A stretch of DNA of 35,413 bases from Chloroflexota bacterium (GCA_016189845.1 JACPRT010000009.1:1-35413); one strand, 5' to 3'. Counted from the first letter of the stretch, positions 19,051 to 27,715 are shown. Made by a program: numbers and translations. Notes: generated by a model not told the origin, from the letters alone.

Positions 19051-20022
19051 ATGGGCCTGCAGGAATTTATCGAGAAGCTTCCGCTCGCGGGCGCCGCGCC
19101 GCCGTATCGCGTGCTGGCGGAGCTGTCGTCCATATCCGACCAGGACGCCGAGAGGCTTGCCGCGATCTGGGCGGGCTGGCGACCCGCCGTCCTCCGGCAA
19201 TTCCTGAGGCGGCTGGCGATGCTGGCCGAGGAGAACGTCCTCTACGAGTTCGACGCCGTCTTCAAGGCCGCGCTCACGGCGCCGGACGCCGTTGCCCGGG
19301 CGATATCGGTGGGCGGGCTGCACGAGAGCTCGGACAAATCGGTGGCCCGGCGGCTGGCGCGATTGCTGACCGAAGATACGGCCGAAGAGGTCCGCGTGGC
19401 GGCCGCCATGGGCCTCATCCGCTTCGCGGCGATGGCCTGCGAAGGCAGGATGATCCCGCGGGACTACGACCGGATAAGGGAAGCGCTCAAGGCCGCCATC
19501 GAGAAGCCGGACGAGACCCGCGAGGTCAGGCGGAGGGCCATCGAGGCCATTGGCCATTACCCAGCGGACGTGAACGAGGGTTACATCGTCGAGGCCTACC
19601 AGAGTGGCGAACGGCTGCTCAAGCAGAGCGCGCTGTTCGCGATGGGCCGCAGCGGAAGCAGACGATGGGTACCCGAGATCACGACGTCGCTTTCGAGCGA
19701 GAATCCCGACATCCGATACGAGGCCGTCACGGCCCTGGGAATGATCGGCGAGGAAGTCGACGCAGCGCTGCTCGTCGGGGTCCTCGAAGACGACGACCTT
19801 CAAGTGAGGGCGTCGGCGCTCATGGCGCTGGGGCGCCTGGGTGGCGCCTCGGCGAGGCGGATCATCCAGCGGGAGCTGCACAACAGGATACCGGCCATCG
19901 CCGAGGCAGCGCGAGAGGCAATGGAGGAGCTGGGCCTTGGCGAGCCGATGCTCGCGGACCAGCCTGGAATCATGGGGATCAAGCCGGAGGCCAACGTCGA
20001 CGGCAACGGCCATGCGCGTTAG
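19051..20022 (+). CDS. HEAT-repeat (PBS-lyase HEAT-like) protein
   Basis: Repeated helical units with EVRVAAAMGL, EVRRRAIEAIG, PDIRYEAVTALGMIG and LQVRASALMALGRLG. The ORF part upstream of ATG 19051 overlaps the SDR gene. Confidence 0.65.
   Translation: MGLQEFIEKLPLAGAAPPYRVLAELSSISDQDAERLAAIWAGWRPAVLRQFLRRLAMLAEENVLYEFDAVFKAALTAPDAVARAISVGGLHESSDKSVARRLARLLTEDTAEEVRVAAAMGLIRFAAMACEGRMIPRDYDRIREALKAAIEKPDETREVRRRAIEAIGHYPADVNEGYIVEAYQSGERLLKQSALFAMGRSGSRRWVPEITTSLSSENPDIRYEAVTALGMIGEEVDAALLVGVLEDDDLQVRASALMALGRLGGASARRIIQRELHNRIPAIAEAAREAMEELGLGEPMLADQPGIMGIKPEANVDGNGHAR
19064..19069 (-). promoter_or_regulatory. Candidate -10 box TAAATT for the SDR-folC-fabF transcription unit
   Basis: Minus strand reads cgaTAAATTcc. 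It lies inside the 5' end of the divergent HEAT gene. It would give a leader of about 50 nt ending in GGAGG-N5-GTG 19007. Confidence 0.25.
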
Positions 20023-20086
20023 GGCCGGCATCGTCAACCACTGGCTGGCACAACGCCGTACGCCGCCATTACCGCGATGCCCCGGT

Positions 20087-21079
20087 TCAGCCTCTGCGAG
20101 TAGTGGCGTCGAATGCCACAGCGGCGGCGCCAAGGACGCCGACGTCGTCGCCGAGCTGTGAGACGGCCAGGGGCGCTTTCTCCTGATATCTGAGGAGCGC
20201 GCACCTCCGGACTGCGGCGTCGAGCTTGCTCCAGAAAGGCCGCAGGCCGTCGGCGCCGACACTGCCCCCGACGATCAAGACTTCGGGCGCAAACGTATTC
20301 AGCAGACCGCCAAGGACCATTCCCAGCGCCCTGATTCCGCCATCGATGATTTCCAGGGCCATTCGATCGCCCTTCTCGGCCGCCTGGAACACGATCCTGC
20401 CCGTTATCCGAGCGGGATCTCCGCCCGCGATCTCGAGCATCCGGGTCGTCTCGCCCGCCACGATCCTGCGCCTCGCGATGTTCGCCATGCCTCCGCCGGA
20501 GGCGAACACCTCGACGCAGCCTCGACAGCCTCCATTGCAGGGTGGGCCATCGGGATCGACCACGATGTGCCCCATCTCGCCCGCCAGCCCTCGTACGCCC
20601 TCGACCGGGCGTCCGTCGACGATCAAACCACCTCCAATGCCTGTCGAAACGGTCACGTAGATCACGTTCTTCATGCCCCTGGCCGCGCCCCATCGCATTT
20701 CCGCTATGGCCGCGACGCGGGCGTCGTGCCCGATCACGACCGGCAGCCTGAGCGCCTGTTCCAGCCCGGGCTTCATGGTCTTGCCATCCCAGGCCTGAAG
20801 GTTCGGAGGGTTGTAGTAGACACCGGTCGAGGGGTCGATCGGGCCTGCGCTGGAAACGCCGATCGCTGCCACCGACGTCCGGTCGACCGACGACATGACG
20901 GTTTCGAGCAGCTTCACGAACCTGCGGGAGCCGTCCTCGATCCCGCGTTCGGGCGAGGTCGAATCGCTGGCGCGAGCTATGAGGTTTCCGTCGCGGTCGA
21001 CCAACGCGGTACGCATTTGGGTGCCGCCGATATCGCCCGCCGCAACGTACGCGACGCCCTTCGAATTCGGTTTCTGCAC
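20087..21079 (-). CDS. ROK-family sugar kinase (glucokinase-like, no N-terminal HTH)
   Basis: GDIGGTQMRTALV ATP-binding start, GHDARVAAIAE, and ROK zinc motif GEMGHIVVDPDGPPCNGGCRGCVE. GTG start. Confidence 0.85.
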   Translation of the reverse strand: MQKPNSKGVAYVAAGDIGGTQMRTALVDRDGNLIARASDSTSPERGIEDGSRRFVKLLETVMSSVDRTSVAAIGVSSAGPIDPSTGVYYNPPNLQAWDGKTMKPGLEQALRLPVVIGHDARVAAIAEMRWGAARGMKNVIYVTVSTGIGGGLIVDGRPVEGVRGLAGEMGHIVVDPDGPPCNGGCRGCVEVFASGGGMANIARRRIVAGETTRMLEIAGGDPARITGRIVFQAAEKGDRMALEIIDGGIRALGMVLGGLLNTFAPEVLIVGGSVGADGLRPFWSKLDAAVRRCALLRYQEKAPLAVSQLGDDVGVLGAAAVAFDATTRRG

Positions 21080-21085
21080 GCCTGG

Positions 21086-21091
21086 ATTTTA
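21086..21091 (-). promoter_or_regulatory. Candidate -10 box TAAAAT, 6 nt upstream of the ROK GTG start (leaderless-type)
   Basis: Minus strand reads gcTAAAATccaggcGTG. Confidence 0.3.
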
Positions 21092-21209
21092 GCCCAGCGC
21101 CGGCAGGCGCCAGCGACCGCGGAGCCATGTGCGTTCGTGTGTACGACGAAAAGGGTTAAAAGTGGACGAAGAATGAGCGCAAAACAGCGCCGTCGAGGGC
21201 ACTCGCGAA

Positions 21210-21218
21210 TGGTAGCAT
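21210..21218 (+). promoter_or_regulatory. Candidate extended -10 TGgTAGCAT for the cNMP-domain gene
   Basis: TG-N-TAGCAT lies 54 nt upstream of ATG 21272. That gene has its own GGGGGTGAG SD. Confidence 0.3.
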
Positions 21219-21271
21219 TTTAAGCCAATAGAGTCTCCCCGCCAGCAAGTAGTCGCATACGGGGGTGAGCC

Positions 21272-22246
21272 ATGACCACGCGCGGAACACCGAAGAATGC
21301 GCTTACGGCGCAGATCACGAACGTCGGCAAGCTTCTCGGGTACGTGGGATGGATGGCCGTGACCGCGGTCACGCTGGTATCGAACGGGATCCTCGTCGTC
21401 CTGGGCGCGATCGCTTTCGCGGTCGTAGGGCTCCTCATGATGCCGTTCGTCGGCGCGGTCGCCGTCGCCTCGGGCGCCCGCCGCGCCACGGAAATGGCGG
21501 ACCGGATGATCGACCGCCGGATGTGGATCCCGCTTTCGATCATGGTCGGGAGCCTGGCAATCTCGGCGGCAATCGCCGTCGCGCTTGCGTTCACCGGGGT
21601 TCTGATCCTGATCCCCGCAGTCGTCGCAGCGGGCGCCCTTGTTATCGCCTCGGTCTACACACTCTCGGACTTTCGCATCTATGCGGGGCTCGATCAGCCA
21701 GGGTGGGCCGAGCCGGTCACCGTTCCGCAGCCCAGGGCCGAGGCCCGAACGCCCGCCGGGATTCCGGCCGACGTCGCCAGGCTGTGGCACACCGACATCT
21801 TCCGCAACCTCACCGAGGCGCAGATGGACGCGGTCGCGGGGCTGGGGACGGTCCGGCGGTACGACGAAGGGGCATTCCTGGGCGAGGAGGGCCGCATGGG
21901 CGAGCGGCTGTTCGCCGTGCTCGAAGGCAAGGCGCAGCTCACGTCCAATACCGGCCTGGGTCCCGTCACCGTTCGCGTTGCATCCGCTGGCGACTCTTTT
22001 CCGCTTGCTTCGCTGGTCGGGTACGGCCTGCTGATCACCTCGGTTTCTGCGATGACGTCGATGACCGTCTGGGAGGTCGACTGCCGCAGGCTGCTGACGC
22101 ACTGCAACCGGAATCCCGAGACCGGGAGCAGGATCTTCGCGACCGCTGCAGCGGTCCTGACTGAGCGGTACCGTGACACGCTCACACGCCTCACCCTGGC
22201 CGCCGAGCAGGCGGTCGAAGGGGTGGAGACGCGTGTCACGATCTAG
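21272..22246 (+). CDS. Membrane protein with C-terminal cyclic-nucleotide-binding-like (Crp-type beta-barrel) domain
   Basis: About 4 predicted TM helices in the first 140 aa. Then FRNLTEAQMDAVAGLGTVRRYDEGAFLGEEGRMGERLFAVLEGKAQL, typical of cNMP-binding domains. Confidence 0.7.
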   Translation: MTTRGTPKNALTAQITNVGKLLGYVGWMAVTAVTLVSNGILVVLGAIAFAVVGLLMMPFVGAVAVASGARRATEMADRMIDRRMWIPLSIMVGSLAISAAIAVALAFTGVLILIPAVVAAGALVIASVYTLSDFRIYAGLDQPGWAEPVTVPQPRAEARTPAGIPADVARLWHTDIFRNLTEAQMDAVAGLGTVRRYDEGAFLGEEGRMGERLFAVLEGKAQLTSNTGLGPVTVRVASAGDSFPLASLVGYGLLITSVSAMTSMTVWEVDCRRLLTHCNRNPETGSRIFATAAAVLTERYRDTLTRLTLAAEQAVEGVETRVTI

Positions 22247-22275
22247 GATCGCCGGCCGGTCCGGTAACGGTCCGT

Positions 22276-22935
22276 TCAGGGGACCTGCGGGACCGCAGGG
22301 CGCCTCATGAGCTTGGGCGGAGAAATGATTCCGCCAGACAGGCAAAACCGTAGCGCCCGCTCGACCGGCATGTCCAGATCGTAAACCTCGTCGAGAGGCA
22401 CGATCGCCACGTATCCAGAGTTCGGCGTGGGCGCGGTCGGGATATAAACGACCCCCATGACCTGGCCGTCTTCGTGCTCGATCGTGTTCGTCAGGAAGCC
22501 GATCGTCCAGGTGCCCCGGCGCGGGTATTCGAATTCGACGACGCGCCGGAAACCCGTCTGTCCGCTGCCGCTGAACGACTCGACGAGCTGCTTCGACGCC
22601 GAATAGACCGTGTTGTAGACCGGTACTCTGAGGAGCCCGGCCTGGACCGCCCGCACCAACCACCGGCCGCCGTAGGTGGCCATCACCAGGCCCGCGCCGT
22701 ATGCCGCAGTGAGGATGATGCCAAAACCCAGCCCCGGTACATTTCGTCCGAATATGAGCTGGATTACGGGTTGCGGGATCCGGTCCAGGGTGTTGAACAC
22801 GAAGCTCAATACCCCGTACGTGATCAATACCGGTATGAGGATCAGGAAGCCTGCGATGAAGCGGGCGCGCACGTGCGTCGTGAGGCGGAGGCTGAACCGC
22901 CGGCCGACCGAAGGGCGAGACGAATCTGAAGTCAT
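22276..22935 (-). CDS. DUF502 family membrane protein
   Basis: Two N-terminal TM helices (GFLILIPVLITYGVLSFVF) and the conserved YIPTAPTPNSGYVAIVP...SGG region. Confidence 0.75.
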   Translation of the reverse strand: MTSDSSRPSVGRRFSLRLTTHVRARFIAGFLILIPVLITYGVLSFVFNTLDRIPQPVIQLIFGRNVPGLGFGIILTAAYGAGLVMATYGGRWLVRAVQAGLLRVPVYNTVYSASKQLVESFSGSGQTGFRRVVEFEYPRRGTWTIGFLTNTIEHEDGQVMGVVYIPTAPTPNSGYVAIVPLDEVYDLDMPVERALRFCLSGGIISPPKLMRRPAVPQVP

Positions 22936-22972
22936 ATGGGCTGTCCTTCCGAGACGCTTTTTTTCAAGAGAG

Positions 22973-23764
22973 CTACTGGCGGAGACGCGAACGGTATTCC
23001 TCGGCGTTGTCCCCGGGGTCGTAGCCGACGACCCGCCGGGCGTGCTCGATGTCCCAGAACCGCCATTTGTTGTTCGACACGCCGTAGAAGATGTCGAATT
23101 TCAGGCCCGGGGCGCTGAGACACCGGTCGACCAGCTGCGCCAGGTCGCGATGGCTGCACCATGTGGCCAGCTGGCGGACATCGTGCGTGGGATCGTCGTG
23201 GCGATTGACGGTGCCGATGCGGAGGCAGGCGACCTCCAATCCGTGGTTCTCGGCGTAATAGGCGCCAAGTGCCTCCCCGACCGCCTTGCTTACTCCGTAG
23301 AACCCATCCGGGCGTATGGGTACGAAGCGGTCGATCTGCGTCACGGCCCCCGGTTGCAGGCCCGCGTAGTCGCCCTTGCGAATCCGGCGGTAAGGCTCAT
23401 CGAGTTCGAACATCCCGACCGCGTGGTTGGAGCTTGCGTAGACAACGCGTTTTGCGCCCGCCTGGCGGGCAGCCTCGTATACGTTCTGCGTGGCGACGAT
23501 CCCGTTCTTGAGGGCGGAATCCCAGGGCTGATGCATGTCGGGATTCGCGGCGAGATGAACGACGCCCCACATGCCATCGAACGCGGAGCGGATTGCGGCG
23601 AAGTCGGCGACGTCCGCGACCGTTGTGGGGATACCTGAAGCACCGGGCGCCTTCGCCCGGTCGAGGCCGTGAAACTCGTATCTGGGGCCGAGGTGGCGGA
23701 CGAGCGCGGACCCGATGAGGCCGCTCGAGCCGGTGATCAGGACCTTCGGTCGCGAGGTTGCCAT
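22973..23764 (-). CDS. NAD-dependent epimerase/dehydratase family SDR
   Basis: KVLITGSSGLIGSAL Rossmann motif and catalytic YGVSKAVGE (YxxxK). Confidence 0.8.
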   Translation of the reverse strand: MATSRPKVLITGSSGLIGSALVRHLGPRYEFHGLDRAKAPGASGIPTTVADVADFAAIRSAFDGMWGVVHLAANPDMHQPWDSALKNGIVATQNVYEAARQAGAKRVVYASSNHAVGMFELDEPYRRIRKGDYAGLQPGAVTQIDRFVPIRPDGFYGVSKAVGEALGAYYAENHGLEVACLRIGTVNRHDDPTHDVRQLATWCSHRDLAQLVDRCLSAPGLKFDIFYGVSNNKWRFWDIEHARRVVGYDPGDNAEEYRSRLRQ

Positions 23765-24534
23765 TCTTCAACTCCCGGGTTGAATTCTTCGATCCTTCGC
23801 TGGAGCGCCGCGAGCCGGGCGGCTGCACCGGGTGAACCCGGCTCGATTATGCAGCGGCACGTGCGAGTGTACGAGCCGATCACCTGCAGCTCCGACCGGC
23901 CTCCATCCCAGCGCCACGGCGCGCCGTCGGAGGCAACGAATACCGTTTGCGCCAGAACGCGGTCGACCGGGACGGCCCTGCGGAACCGGCGAGACCGAGA
24001 GGAACCGCCGAAGACCCAGAAGCCGTCCCAGAGCCGCGCGTCGTTCAGGCCTTTGCGCACGTGCGCGTTGGCGCGTAAGCGCTCGAGCGCGCCGTCGACG
24101 GGCCGCACGCGGACGCACGGGAGGATTCCGTCGACCTCCAGGAAGCCGACCAGGAAGAAGCCAGCCTGCCCTGTGAAGGCGCCGTCCGACCAGCCCTCGA
24201 GGCGGGCGAGGAAGAGGATGAAGTCGCCCCGTACGACTCGCTTCAGCGCCGCCGCACGTGGCGCCCGCTCGCAGTTGTCGCCATATGTCAGGGTCTCGAA
24301 CTCGGGATCGAAATGCGCAGGCGACCCCCAGAGCTTTCGGGGAATCCAGCGCCTCAAGGGCCGCCCCGCTTCGTTCCATGAGGTCAGGCTGCCCAGCAGA
24401 ACGGAATTCCGGCCGGCCGTGACCGGGCGCTCGGGGATGGGCAGGAGCTCGAACGTGCCGTCCTCGAAGAGCGGGCTCGCGTAGGGGTGTGACGAGTTCG
24501 CTCCAATATTCGCGAGGTAGATGCGCCGCGCCAT
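23737..24534 (-). CDS. Hypothetical protein, 265 aa, family not recognised
   Basis: Protein-like composition from ATG 24534 (MARRIYLANIGANSSHPYASPLFEDGTFELLPIPE ... HFDPEFETLTYGDN ... GDFILFLARLEGW ... GFFLVGFLEVDG). The upstream part of the 644-aa ORF is antisense to a clear alpha/beta hydrolase. The 3' end overlaps the epimerase start by 28 nt. Confidence 0.6.
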   Translation of the reverse strand: MARRIYLANIGANSSHPYASPLFEDGTFELLPIPERPVTAGRNSVLLGSLTSWNEAGRPLRRWIPRKLWGSPAHFDPEFETLTYGDNCERAPRAAALKRVVRGDFILFLARLEGWSDGAFTGQAGFFLVGFLEVDGILPCVRVRPVDGALERLRANAHVRKGLNDARLWDGFWVFGGSSRSRRFRRAVPVDRVLAQTVFVASDGAPWRWDGGRSELQVIGSYTRTCRCIIEPGSPGAAARLAALQRRIEEFNPGVEEWQPRDRRS

Positions 24535-24537
24535 GGG

Positions 24538-25431
24538 ATGAGTATGATGGCCCGAATGACCTCTGGGAAACCTGGTTTGCCGTTCGAACGGCTCGTTCCA
24601 GTTCGCGGCCTTCGGCTGAACATCCGCGTGTGGCCGGGCAAGGGTCGTGCCTTCCTGCTGTTGCACGGCCTGTCGTCGAACGCCCGCACCTGGGATGGGG
24701 TCGCCAGGAGACTGCACGCCGACGGCTACCGCGTCGTAGCGGTCGACCAGCGGGGGCACGGGCTCAGCGACAAGCCGGACGACGGCTATTCGTTCGACGA
24801 CGTGACCTCCGACCTCCGCGAGCTGATTGGCGGGCTTGGCCTGGCCAGGCCGATCCTGATAGGCCAGTCCTGGGGCGGGAACGTCGTGCTGGACTTCGCG
24901 GGAAGATACCCGGGACTCGCGTCCGGGATAGTCCTGGTCGACGGGGGATTCACCGAGCTTGCCGCCCGCCCGGATGCGACCTGGGAGCGCATCAGTGTCG
25001 TGTTGCGACCGCCGGACCTCGACGGCATGCCTCGCCGGGAGTTCGAAGAGCGGCTCCGGAAGCGCCACGCGTACATGACCCCCGAACGGATCGAGGCCGT
25101 GATGGGAAATTTCGAGGTCCTCGCCGACCGCACGATCAGGCGGCGCCTGTCGATACCCAACCATATGAAGATCCTGCGTTCCGTCTGGGAGCAACGGCCG
25201 TCGAAGATCTTCGGAGGTGTCCGGGAACCCGTCCTGATCACGGCGCCGGTCGATGCAGACCCCGAACGGGCAAGGCGCAGGCTGGAAGCGGTCGAAAGCG
25301 CGAGGTCGGCCCTGGCCAGGTCGAGGGTCAGGTGGTTTGAAGACACCGTCCACGATATCCATGTCCAGCGGCCCGATGAGCTGTCGGCGGAGATCCTGAG
25401 CGCCCTCCGGGACGGCTTCTTCGGGTGGTAA
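24538..25431 (+). CDS. Alpha/beta-fold hydrolase
   Basis: LLLHGLSSN oxyanion region, nucleophile elbow GQSWGG, C-terminal DTVHDIHVQRP (His). The real start may be ATG 24556 (MTSGKPG). Confidence 0.8.
   Translation: MSMMARMTSGKPGLPFERLVPVRGLRLNIRVWPGKGRAFLLLHGLSSNARTWDGVARRLHADGYRVVAVDQRGHGLSDKPDDGYSFDDVTSDLRELIGGLGLARPILIGQSWGGNVVLDFAGRYPGLASGIVLVDGGFTELAARPDATWERISVVLRPPDLDGMPRREFEERLRKRHAYMTPERIEAVMGNFEVLADRTIRRRLSIPNHMKILRSVWEQRPSKIFGGVREPVLITAPVDADPERARRRLEAVESARSALARSRVRWFEDTVHDIHVQRPDELSAEILSALRDGFFGW
24541..24548. promoter_or_regulatory. Overlapping divergent -10 candidates: TATGAT (+, 24543-24548) and CATACT (-, 24541-24546)
   Basis: TATGAT is 7 nt upstream of in-frame ATG 24556 of the hydrolase. 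CATACT is 6 nt upstream of ATG 24534 of the hypothetical gene. Confidence 0.3.
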
Positions 25432-25437
25432 TCTTCC

Positions 25438-26583
25438 GTGGTGCTCATCACCGATAAACCCGCGCTCGACCGGCTCTGCCGGGACCTGGCCACCCGACCC
25501 TACGTCGCCGTCGACACCGAGTTCGTCGGTGAGCACACCTACTGGCCACGGCTCTGCCTGATCCAGGTCGCCGCGGGTGAGGTCGCAGCGGCGATCGATC
25601 CCCTCTCGGGGTTGGACCTCGAGCCGCTCTTCCAGCTCTTTTCCGCCCCCGGGGTCCTGAAGGTCCTGCACTCCGGTCGCCAGGACCTCGTCCTTTTCAG
25701 GCGCATCGCCGGCCGCATGCCGTCGCCGGTCTTCGACACACAGATCGCCGCGATGGCATGCGGATTCGGGGACTCGGTCGCCTACTCGACGCTGGCATCG
25801 ACCCTAACGGGCGCCACCATCAACAAGTCGATGCAAGTGACCGACTGGGCCCGGCGCCCGCTCACGATGGGGCAGGTCGACTACGCCCTCGCCGATGTGA
25901 TTCATCTGTGCGGCGCTTACGAGAACCTCAAGGGACGGCTCGCCGCTGCAAAGCGGGACGGCTGGATCGAAGAAGAGATCCAGCAGATGGCGTTCGAGGC
26001 GGCCTCCGATGCCGATCCGTGGACGGCGTGGCAACGCATCCAGGTCCGGGGCGCCGACTCGCGTACCCTGGCCGTCCTGCGCGAAGTGGCTGCCTGGAGG
26101 GAAATCTGCTCGGCGCGTATGGATCTGCCGCGCCCGCGGGTTGCGCGCGACGAAACCCTGCTCGATATCGCCTTCAGGCGGCCGCGGACGCAGGCCGAGC
26201 TCAAGCGCATCCGTGGCTTCGCAAATGTGCCATCCGACGGTCCGGTGATCGCGGAGATCCTTGCAGTCGTCGAACGGGCCCTGGCGGCGCCGATCGAGGA
26301 CTGTCCCCGCCCGCACCAACGGGTCGAGGTACCCGAGGCCGTCCAATCGCAGGTCAGCCTCCTCCAGGCGCTGCTTCGCCTGCGATGCGACGAACACGGG
26401 GTCGCACCTCGTCTCGTGGCGACTCGATCGGACCTCGAGGCGTTGGCTATGGACCCCCGCAAGGACCACCGGTTGCTCCAGGGGTGGCGGGCCGGAGTCT
26501 TCGGCGACGATGCGCTCGGCCTGTTGCGAGGCGAACTCGCGATGACCGGTCATTCGAACGGGGCGAAGGTCCTAAAAATTTGA
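25438..26583 (+). CDS. rnd: Ribonuclease D (DEDDy 3'-5' exoribonuclease with HRDC domain)
   Basis: VAVDTEF ExoI motif, LKVLHSGRQDL ExoII, YALADVIHL ExoIII, and an HRDC-like RDETLLDIAFRRPRTQAEL region. GTG start. Confidence 0.85.
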   Translation: MVLITDKPALDRLCRDLATRPYVAVDTEFVGEHTYWPRLCLIQVAAGEVAAAIDPLSGLDLEPLFQLFSAPGVLKVLHSGRQDLVLFRRIAGRMPSPVFDTQIAAMACGFGDSVAYSTLASTLTGATINKSMQVTDWARRPLTMGQVDYALADVIHLCGAYENLKGRLAAAKRDGWIEEEIQQMAFEAASDADPWTAWQRIQVRGADSRTLAVLREVAAWREICSARMDLPRPRVARDETLLDIAFRRPRTQAELKRIRGFANVPSDGPVIAEILAVVERALAAPIEDCPRPHQRVEVPEAVQSQVSLLQALLRLRCDEHGVAPRLVATRSDLEALAMDPRKDHRLLQGWRAGVFGDDALGLLRGELAMTGHSNGAKVLKI

Positions 26584-27710
26584 GAATCGAAGAGGTCGAA
26601 GGATTCCTGATTGCGGATGCCTACGTCGTGCGGATCACGACCGACAGCGGCGTCACGGGAATCGGCCAGACGGCGTGCTGGGGCTACCCGGAGGCAGTCG
26701 AACGGGTCGTCGCGAAATTCCGCGACTACCTGATCGGCAAGAACCCCCTCCAGATCGAGCACCACTGGCAGTTCATGTATCGCATGGGGCCGTTCCGGGG
26801 CTCGGTCCTGTCGGGCGCGGTGAGCGCGGTCGATATCGCCCTGTGGGACATCAAGGGCAAGCATTTTCAGGCGCCGGTCTGGGAACTCCTGGGCGGCAAG
26901 TGCCGCGACAAGGTGCGCCTGCACCTGCTCATGGGCGGCAAGAATCCGGACGACGCGAGGCGACGGGCCCGGGAGGCACGCGAGGAGGGATTCACGGCAG
27001 TCAAGCTGGACCCGCTGCCCGAGACCTACCACTCGATGACGCTGTCGCGTCTTATCAAGTCCACCCGCGAGACGGTCGCAGCGGTGCGAGAGGGCGCTGG
27101 CGATGACGTGGACGTCATCCTGGAGTTGCACCGCAAGCTGACGCCCATGGTTTCGATCGCCCTGGCCGAAGCCCTCGTGGAGTTCAATCCGCTGTTCATC
27201 GAGGACCCCATCCAGATTGACTCAATCATCTCGCAAGGCGAGCTGGCGAAGCGATTCACGTCGCCGCTGGCCAACGGCGAGCGAATGCATACCATCTGGG
27301 AGTTCCGCGAGCTGCTTTGCAACGGCGGCGCGCAGTACGTCCGACCGGATGTCGGCCTGGCCGGCGGCCTGACCCAGTGCAAGAAGATCGCGGCCATCGC
27401 GGAGTCGTTCCACAGCGCGGTCGTCACGCACAACTACCTGGGCCCGATCCTCACGGCCGCTTCGGTGCAACTTGACGTCTCGATTCCCAACTTCATCGTG
27501 CAGGAATACTCGAAAGCCGATGAGGCGCCGAAGAACAGGATCTACAAGTCCACGCTGAAGCGAAAAGGTGGATTCATACCGACCCCGGAGGCTCCGGGGA
27601 TCGGCGTCGAGTTGGACGACAGGCTATTGAAGCGGGCCAAACACGAGCCACGCGACCTGACGAAGATCGTTCCACTGCGGGACGACGGGTCGGTCGGGTA
27701 TTCGGTGTAG
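26580..27710 (+). CDS. Enolase-superfamily enzyme, mandelate racemase subgroup (D-mannonate/D-galactonate dehydratase-like)
   Basis: VVRITTDSGVTGIGQ, HHWQFMY, SAVDIALWDIKGK...PVWELLGGK, and ligand region ILELH / FIEDP / ANGER. TTG 26580 overlaps the rnd stop (TTGA). The 5' part of the longer ORF from 25758 is out-of-frame overlap with rnd. Confidence 0.8.
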   Translation: MRIEEVEGFLIADAYVVRITTDSGVTGIGQTACWGYPEAVERVVAKFRDYLIGKNPLQIEHHWQFMYRMGPFRGSVLSGAVSAVDIALWDIKGKHFQAPVWELLGGKCRDKVRLHLLMGGKNPDDARRRAREAREEGFTAVKLDPLPETYHSMTLSRLIKSTRETVAAVREGAGDDVDVILELHRKLTPMVSIALAEALVEFNPLFIEDPIQIDSIISQGELAKRFTSPLANGERMHTIWEFRELLCNGGAQYVRPDVGLAGGLTQCKKIAAIAESFHSAVVTHNYLGPILTAASVQLDVSIPNFIVQEYSKADEAPKNRIYKSTLKRKGGFIPTPEAPGIGVELDDRLLKRAKHEPRDLTKIVPLRDDGSVGYSV

Positions 27711-27715
27711 ATACG

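Noticed and set aside
19045-20262. 405-aa minus-strand ORF, and the 364-aa ORF at 20034..21128
   Set aside because: The first is antisense to the HEAT-repeat gene. The second is an alternative frame of the ROK kinase gene. The ROK and HEAT frames carry the recognisable motifs.
21080-21271. Largest non-coding gap (192 nt, locally lower G+C) as a riboswitch or sRNA locus
   Set aside because: I see no conserved riboswitch-like structure, only weak 4-bp hairpins. Divergent promoters for the ROK and cNMP-domain genes explain the gap.
21089-22663. 524-aa ORF on the minus strand
   Set aside because: It spans the opposite strand of the cNMP-domain gene and an alternative frame of the DUF502 gene. 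It is Arg/Pro/Gly-rich with no domain.
24535-25671. 5' extension of the 644-aa minus ORF (23737..25671)
   Set aside because: This part is antisense to the alpha/beta hydrolase and the start of rnd, with junk composition. Only the part from ATG 24534 downwards looks protein-like.
25758-26579. 5' extension of the 650-aa ORF 25758..27710; similar extensions at 5844..6083 and 18064..18633
   Set aside because: Each extension overlaps a well-supported upstream gene in another frame. The true starts are the NTGA-coupled codons at 26580, 6084 and 18063.
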